A stretch of 36,966 nucleotides of DNA from a virus (taxonomy: Duplodnaviria > Caudoviricetes). The stretch covers positions 1 to 36,966 of the IMG/VR virus record IMGVR_UViG_3300031519_000080; one strand, given 5' to 3'. Below the pieces are notes generated by a model. It was not told the origin of the DNA. It saw nothing but the letters and a program-made list of their open reading frames with translations, and made no database searches. The position numbers were made by a program, and so were the translations under genes. Positions 33,765 to 36,966 of this stretch are shown piece after piece (the first letter of the stretch is position 1; each line of letters begins with the position of its first letter).

Positions 33765-34556
33765 TTACTTTGAAAGTACATTATTGGTCAACCAATCCGA
33801 GACAGCTGCACGGGCGTTTTCGAGTTCGCTCTGATCTTCAGAAGCGTCAATCAGAGTTGCCTCTGTTGAAGAAACTTCCTCAAAAAGTTCTTCTGACACT
33901 TCTTCGGCATCAGCTGCAACAGCTTCAGTCTCGGTGTCATCGGATGATTCAGAAACTAGGCTCTCATCTGCCTTAACTTCTACCGTCTCTTCTTCCTTTA
34001 CTTCTACCTTTTTCGCAGCGAACGCGGCGAGGATAGTTGCAAAGATTTCGTCTTCGATGGAAAGAGCGAGGAGAGCTTCTGCTTCTTCGCCTTCTACTCC
34101 TGCTTCAGCAAGTGCAGCTTTCTTTTCTTCCATCTTTGCTGCTGCTTCGGCGGCTTCTGCTGCTTCAACATAACCAGCGATTGTAAGCTTTGCAGCTTCC
34201 AGTGCTTCGGTTAGTTCGGCAACTTTAGCTTCTAAAGCAACAACCGTTTCGTCTTCTGCTTTTGTTTCGTCGCATGTGCAGTCTTTTGACTCACAGCAAT
34301 CGGCAACAACTGCGTCAGCAACAACTTCATCTGTTGCTTCTGGTTCTACTGGAGCCTCTACAGCTACCTCTTCAGTTGCTTCGGAATCATCTTTGACTTC
34401 CTCTTCAACTTCTGGCTTTGGTGCAGGCTTCTTTTCTTTTTTAGGTGCAGGTTTTGGTGCAGGTGCATCAGGTTGAACTGCTACAGTTTCTTCAGCCGCA
34501 ACGGCTTCTGAAGCTACAACAAGCTCTTCTGCTACTTCTTTTAGTTCGTCGGACAT
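33765..34556 (-). CDS. Putative nested in-frame scaffolding protein (internal start)
   Basis: AAGGAG (34570..34565) lies 8 nt before in-frame ATG 34556 (MSDELKEV), exactly where composition switches to E/A-rich. Confidence 0.6.
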   Translation of the reverse strand: MSDELKEVAEELVVASEAVAAEETVAVQPDAPAPKPAPKKEKKPAPKPEVEEEVKDDSEATEEVAVEAPVEPEATDEVVADAVVADCCESKDCTCDETKAEDETVVALEAKVAELTEALEAAKLTIAGYVEAAEAAEAAAKMEEKKAALAEAGVEGEEAEALLALSIEDEIFATILAAFAAKKVEVKEEETVEVKADESLVSESSDDTETEAVAADAEEVSEELFEEVSSTEATLIDASEDQSELENARAAVSDWLTNNVLSK

Positions 34557-35339
34557 TTTCATATCTCCTTCTGGGTATGATAGACTATGATCATTGTGGT
34601 CGTCTCTGATCTGCTCATCTGATGAGTCAATAATATAACTTCTTGGATTAGCTGGTTTATTAACCAGTCCCTTGCCGGAGAATGAAATATCTCGCAAAGA
34701 TCGTCCTACTTTATACTTTTCGTACTCACCAGTACCGCCGTAAGCACGTAAGTGCTTAGTCAAGAAAGCAGACTCTTCGTTTCTGGCGACGGTAGTATGC
34801 TTTCCTTCTGGAGAGATTACAGCGTAATCAAATCCAGCAAAAAGGCATTCCATTGAAACAAACCACTTTCCTTGTTCGATTTCGGCGATTATGTTAGACA
34901 TGCGTTCCCTGTTTTCAGGATTAGTCCAACTATTATAGAGTACCGCCTCTGTGATGATGTCGAATTGTTGGGGAGCCTCGTCTGAGTCTACTTTATTACC
35001 CTCGTGATCAACAACGTAACTACCAGTAATATGACCGATAATATCATTTTCATTGTGCATGAAGTTGAATTGTTTGTCTTCTGGAGAGTTTCTAGCTGCA
35101 AATGTAATGTCTGGGCCAAAAACGTCGTCATTCTTATTCCATCCAGTTGAGACTAAAACTGATTTAATATAATACAAGTCTACTTGTTTTGGGTTAGCAT
35201 TAGCTGCGACAATCTTGTCGATTATAGCCGATGTTCCCTCGTGCGTAGTTACGGATGCTTGCGTACAGTAAGCCACAGAAGCAGTTGCTTTAACAGCTTC
35301 TCCAACACCGTCTAAAATTTCTTGTTTATATACATTCAT
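33765..35339 (-). CDS. Prohead protease fused to acidic scaffold domain
   Basis: N-terminal ~250 aa has NKNDDVF...FNFMH...IIGH...VSMEC...FSGKGLVNKPANP (His/Ser prohead protease pattern); C-terminal half is E/A/K-rich coiled coil. Confidence 0.8.
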   Translation of the reverse strand: MNVYKQEILDGVGEAVKATASVAYCTQASVTTHEGTSAIIDKIVAANANPKQVDLYYIKSVLVSTGWNKNDDVFGPDITFAARNSPEDKQFNFMHNENDIIGHITGSYVVDHEGNKVDSDEAPQQFDIITEAVLYNSWTNPENRERMSNIIAEIEQGKWFVSMECLFAGFDYAVISPEGKHTTVARNEESAFLTKHLRAYGGTGEYEKYKVGRSLRDISFSGKGLVNKPANPRSYIIDSSDEQIRDDHNDHSLSYPEGDMKMSDELKEVAEELVVASEAVAAEETVAVQPDAPAPKPAPKKEKKPAPKPEVEEEVKDDSEATEEVAVEAPVEPEATDEVVADAVVADCCESKDCTCDETKAEDETVVALEAKVAELTEALEAAKLTIAGYVEAAEAAEAAAKMEEKKAALAEAGVEGEEAEALLALSIEDEIFATILAAFAAKKVEVKEEETVEVKADESLVSESSDDTETEAVAADAEEVSEELFEEVSSTEATLIDASEDQSELENARAAVSDWLTNNVLSK

Positions 35340-35362
35340 ACAGTTTAATTACCTCTCATAAA

Positions 35363-35371
35363 TAAATACAC
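35363..35371 (-). promoter_or_regulatory. Putative late promoter variant GTGTATTTA
   Basis: Intergenic, about 24 nt upstream of the protease start. Confidence 0.35.
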
Positions 35372-35393
35372 TATTCGTATTAGAGAGTGTTAA

Positions 35394-36966
35394 TTAGGCC
35401 AATTTTTCTTCGATATAAAGACCAATTACGCCTCGTCGATAGTTGTCTACTGACATGGTACTTGGTGATATACTCTTGGCTTCTAGCATATTCTTAAAAC
35501 TTATAGGTGTTTTTTGTTGATTATTAAGGATATTAGCTACAGCTTTGTCGTCAACTTCGCTCAATATATCCAAGTTAGTAAACACGTCTAGTTTTAATTG
35601 CTCTAACTGCTTAGCTTCCACTCTGGTTAGCTGACGAAGATTCTTTTTAGATTTTGTAGCCAGAAATACTTTACCCATTATCTCTGAGGTATCATTCCAA
35701 GCGGCTTCTGACCACATAATGAGTTCTGCAACACCCGGCTTAGTCTTGGGTTTTGCAACCCTTTCTTTACGAGGTTTTGTGTCTCTCTGGAGCTTTGGAC
35801 GACCATTAGGATTAGCTGGCTTTTTTGCCTGCTGATTTGGGTCTGATCCCGGTGCAGCTTTAGGTGCTGCTGCTGGTGGCATTTGTCGTGCATTAGGAAC
35901 AGTAGACTTTATGCCTACGTCGCTAGTCACCACTTTACCACCCTGCAATGCTATCTTCTCCAATTCCTGCATATGATTAGCATTATGATATGGACTAGCA
36001 CGTGGAGGGGTTTTATCTGCCACTCGTTCTTTCTCCTCATGTTTAACACGAATCTCTTCAATCTCTGGGGTTTCTCCAAATCGCTCAAGAAGAGTCTCAT
36101 GGGAGATGATATCTCGGTCAGCGAGTTGAATCAGCAGTTGTTTCTGTGCGTCATCATCGGAGAGAGACATTGTATCAAAATGAATATGAGGTCGATGTCG
36201 AAAGCCCATGGCTTGACGAACCATCTCAAATTCCTGCTCCCAGAACTTGACTAGCATATTGCGACCATACTGTAGTCGCTCCACTAAGGTCTTGAGGGAG
36301 ATGAAATTGTTTGTAAAGCCACCGCCATTACTAGCCATTCCAGTAAGCGTTGGTGGTACCCCAAGTCCTGCGTAGATACTGTTCAAGACAGCAGAGTATT
36401 TTTCTGAACCCAAGAACTTGTAGACGTCACTGCTGGACTCTTGAAAACTCAACTCTGGACCCCAAACGAGTTCCATGGTTCCGCCACCAGAGTTACTAGC
36501 TAAGATATCACGTAACTTATTAATGGCTGCTTTATTAGGTAATATTTTATGATCTAGACTACCTAATGTCCATAGTCTAATATTTGATATAGCACCGTCT
36601 AATGCAGACATATCAGCTAATCTCATTTTCTCCAGCATTACGATGTCATCTAAGATAGCATAAATCATGGGTGCTGCCCACTGCTTCCAGTCATCCTTCT
36701 TATAGTGGAAAACTCGTACTCGACTTGGATCAAGTGGGATATGCTTTGCACCAGACTGTATCATGTCTTTTACCGCTGGAGGTAATGCTTCTAGCACGTC
36801 TGTAGGAAGTTCTCCATTCTGGAACTTATCTACGAATTTGTTTGTTGATATCTTATATTCAGGTTTGCCAAGGAACAGTCCAAGCTCTCCATCATTAAGC
36901 GTTACGGTGAGAGGGTTAAAAAAGGTGTAACGCCATGGTATCTGCCGATCTTTCATGCTGGGGACA
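35394..36966 (-). CDS. Portal protein (5' end beyond the window)
   Basis: Frame stays open to the window edge. Lies upstream of the protease; HYKKDDW..WA.PMI..ILDD...IYAGLGVPPTL...DRDIISHETLLE fits portal proteins. Confidence 0.8.
   Translation of the reverse strand, partial: VPSMKDRQIPWRYTFFNPLTVTLNDGELGLFLGKPEYKISTNKFVDKFQNGELPTDVLEALPPAVKDMIQSGAKHIPLDPSRVRVFHYKKDDWKQWAAPMIYAILDDIVMLEKMRLADMSALDGAISNIRLWTLGSLDHKILPNKAAINKLRDILASNSGGGTMELVWGPELSFQESSSDVYKFLGSEKYSAVLNSIYAGLGVPPTLTGMASNGGGFTNNFISLKTLVERLQYGRNMLVKFWEQEFEMVRQAMGFRHRPHIHFDTMSLSDDDAQKQLLIQLADRDIISHETLLERFGETPEIEEIRVKHEEKERVADKTPPRASPYHNANHMQELEKIALQGGKVVTSDVGIKSTVPNARQMPPAAAPKAAPGSDPNQQAKKPANPNGRPKLQRDTKPRKERVAKPKTKPGVAELIMWSEAAWNDTSEIMGKVFLATKSKKNLRQLTRVEAKQLEQLKLDVFTNLDILSEVDDKAVANILNNQQKTPISFKNMLEAKSISPSTMSVDNYRRGVIGLYIEEKLA

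Noticed and set aside
3365-35893. Short alternative-frame minus-strand ORFs (e.g. 20238..20555, 23175..23663, 32286..32582, 33264..33491)
   Set aside because: They are nested in or largely overlap better-supported genes, with no convincing RBS or frameshift signal seen.
480-36254. Plus-strand ORFs in the track (e.g. 480..782, 18031..18642, 23151..23732, 24260..24748, 27333..27803)
   Set aside because: They lie antisense to coherent minus-strand genes, show no recognisable motifs, and are explained by codon bias or low-complexity sequence.
1-36966. Stop-codon reassignment as seen in some large phages
   Set aside because: The standard code gives dense, full-length genes, and TAA, TAG and TGA all end genes at sensible boundaries.
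1-36966. Host assignment, tRNA genes, introns/inteins, integrase or IS elements
   Set aside because: No host-diagnostic gene and none of these elements were recognised in the window.

Overview
This window is the virion morphogenesis (late) region of a large tailed dsDNA bacteriophage (Caudoviricetes), read entirely on the minus strand with the standard genetic code. In transcription order (right to left) it holds: portal (5' end cut by the window), prohead protease/scaffold, capsid decoration protein, major capsid protein, about 18 kb of fibre/appendage-like genes, head-tail adaptor, about 6.7 kb more fibre/Ig/lectin genes with an embedded sulfotransferase, head-closure/neck/terminator genes, tail tube, three chaperone-region genes (two of them paralogues) and the start of the tape measure gene. 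No sheath gene is seen next to the tube, so the tail is probably non-contractile. The most novel-looking signals are: (1) two tandem cassettes, each a large Cys-rich low-complexity protein followed by a conserved small CxC...WC partner; (2) a carbohydrate-type sulfotransferase translationally coupled inside the virion operon, alongside many mucin-like Thr/Pro tracts in virion proteins; (3) fibre genes placed inside the head-neck module and sharing modular end domains; (4) a recurring -10-only motif G(T/G)GTATAAT in the intergenic gaps; (5) a nested scaffold start and two unannotated micro-ORFs. All family assignments come from motifs recognised by eye and from gene order; no database search was run.
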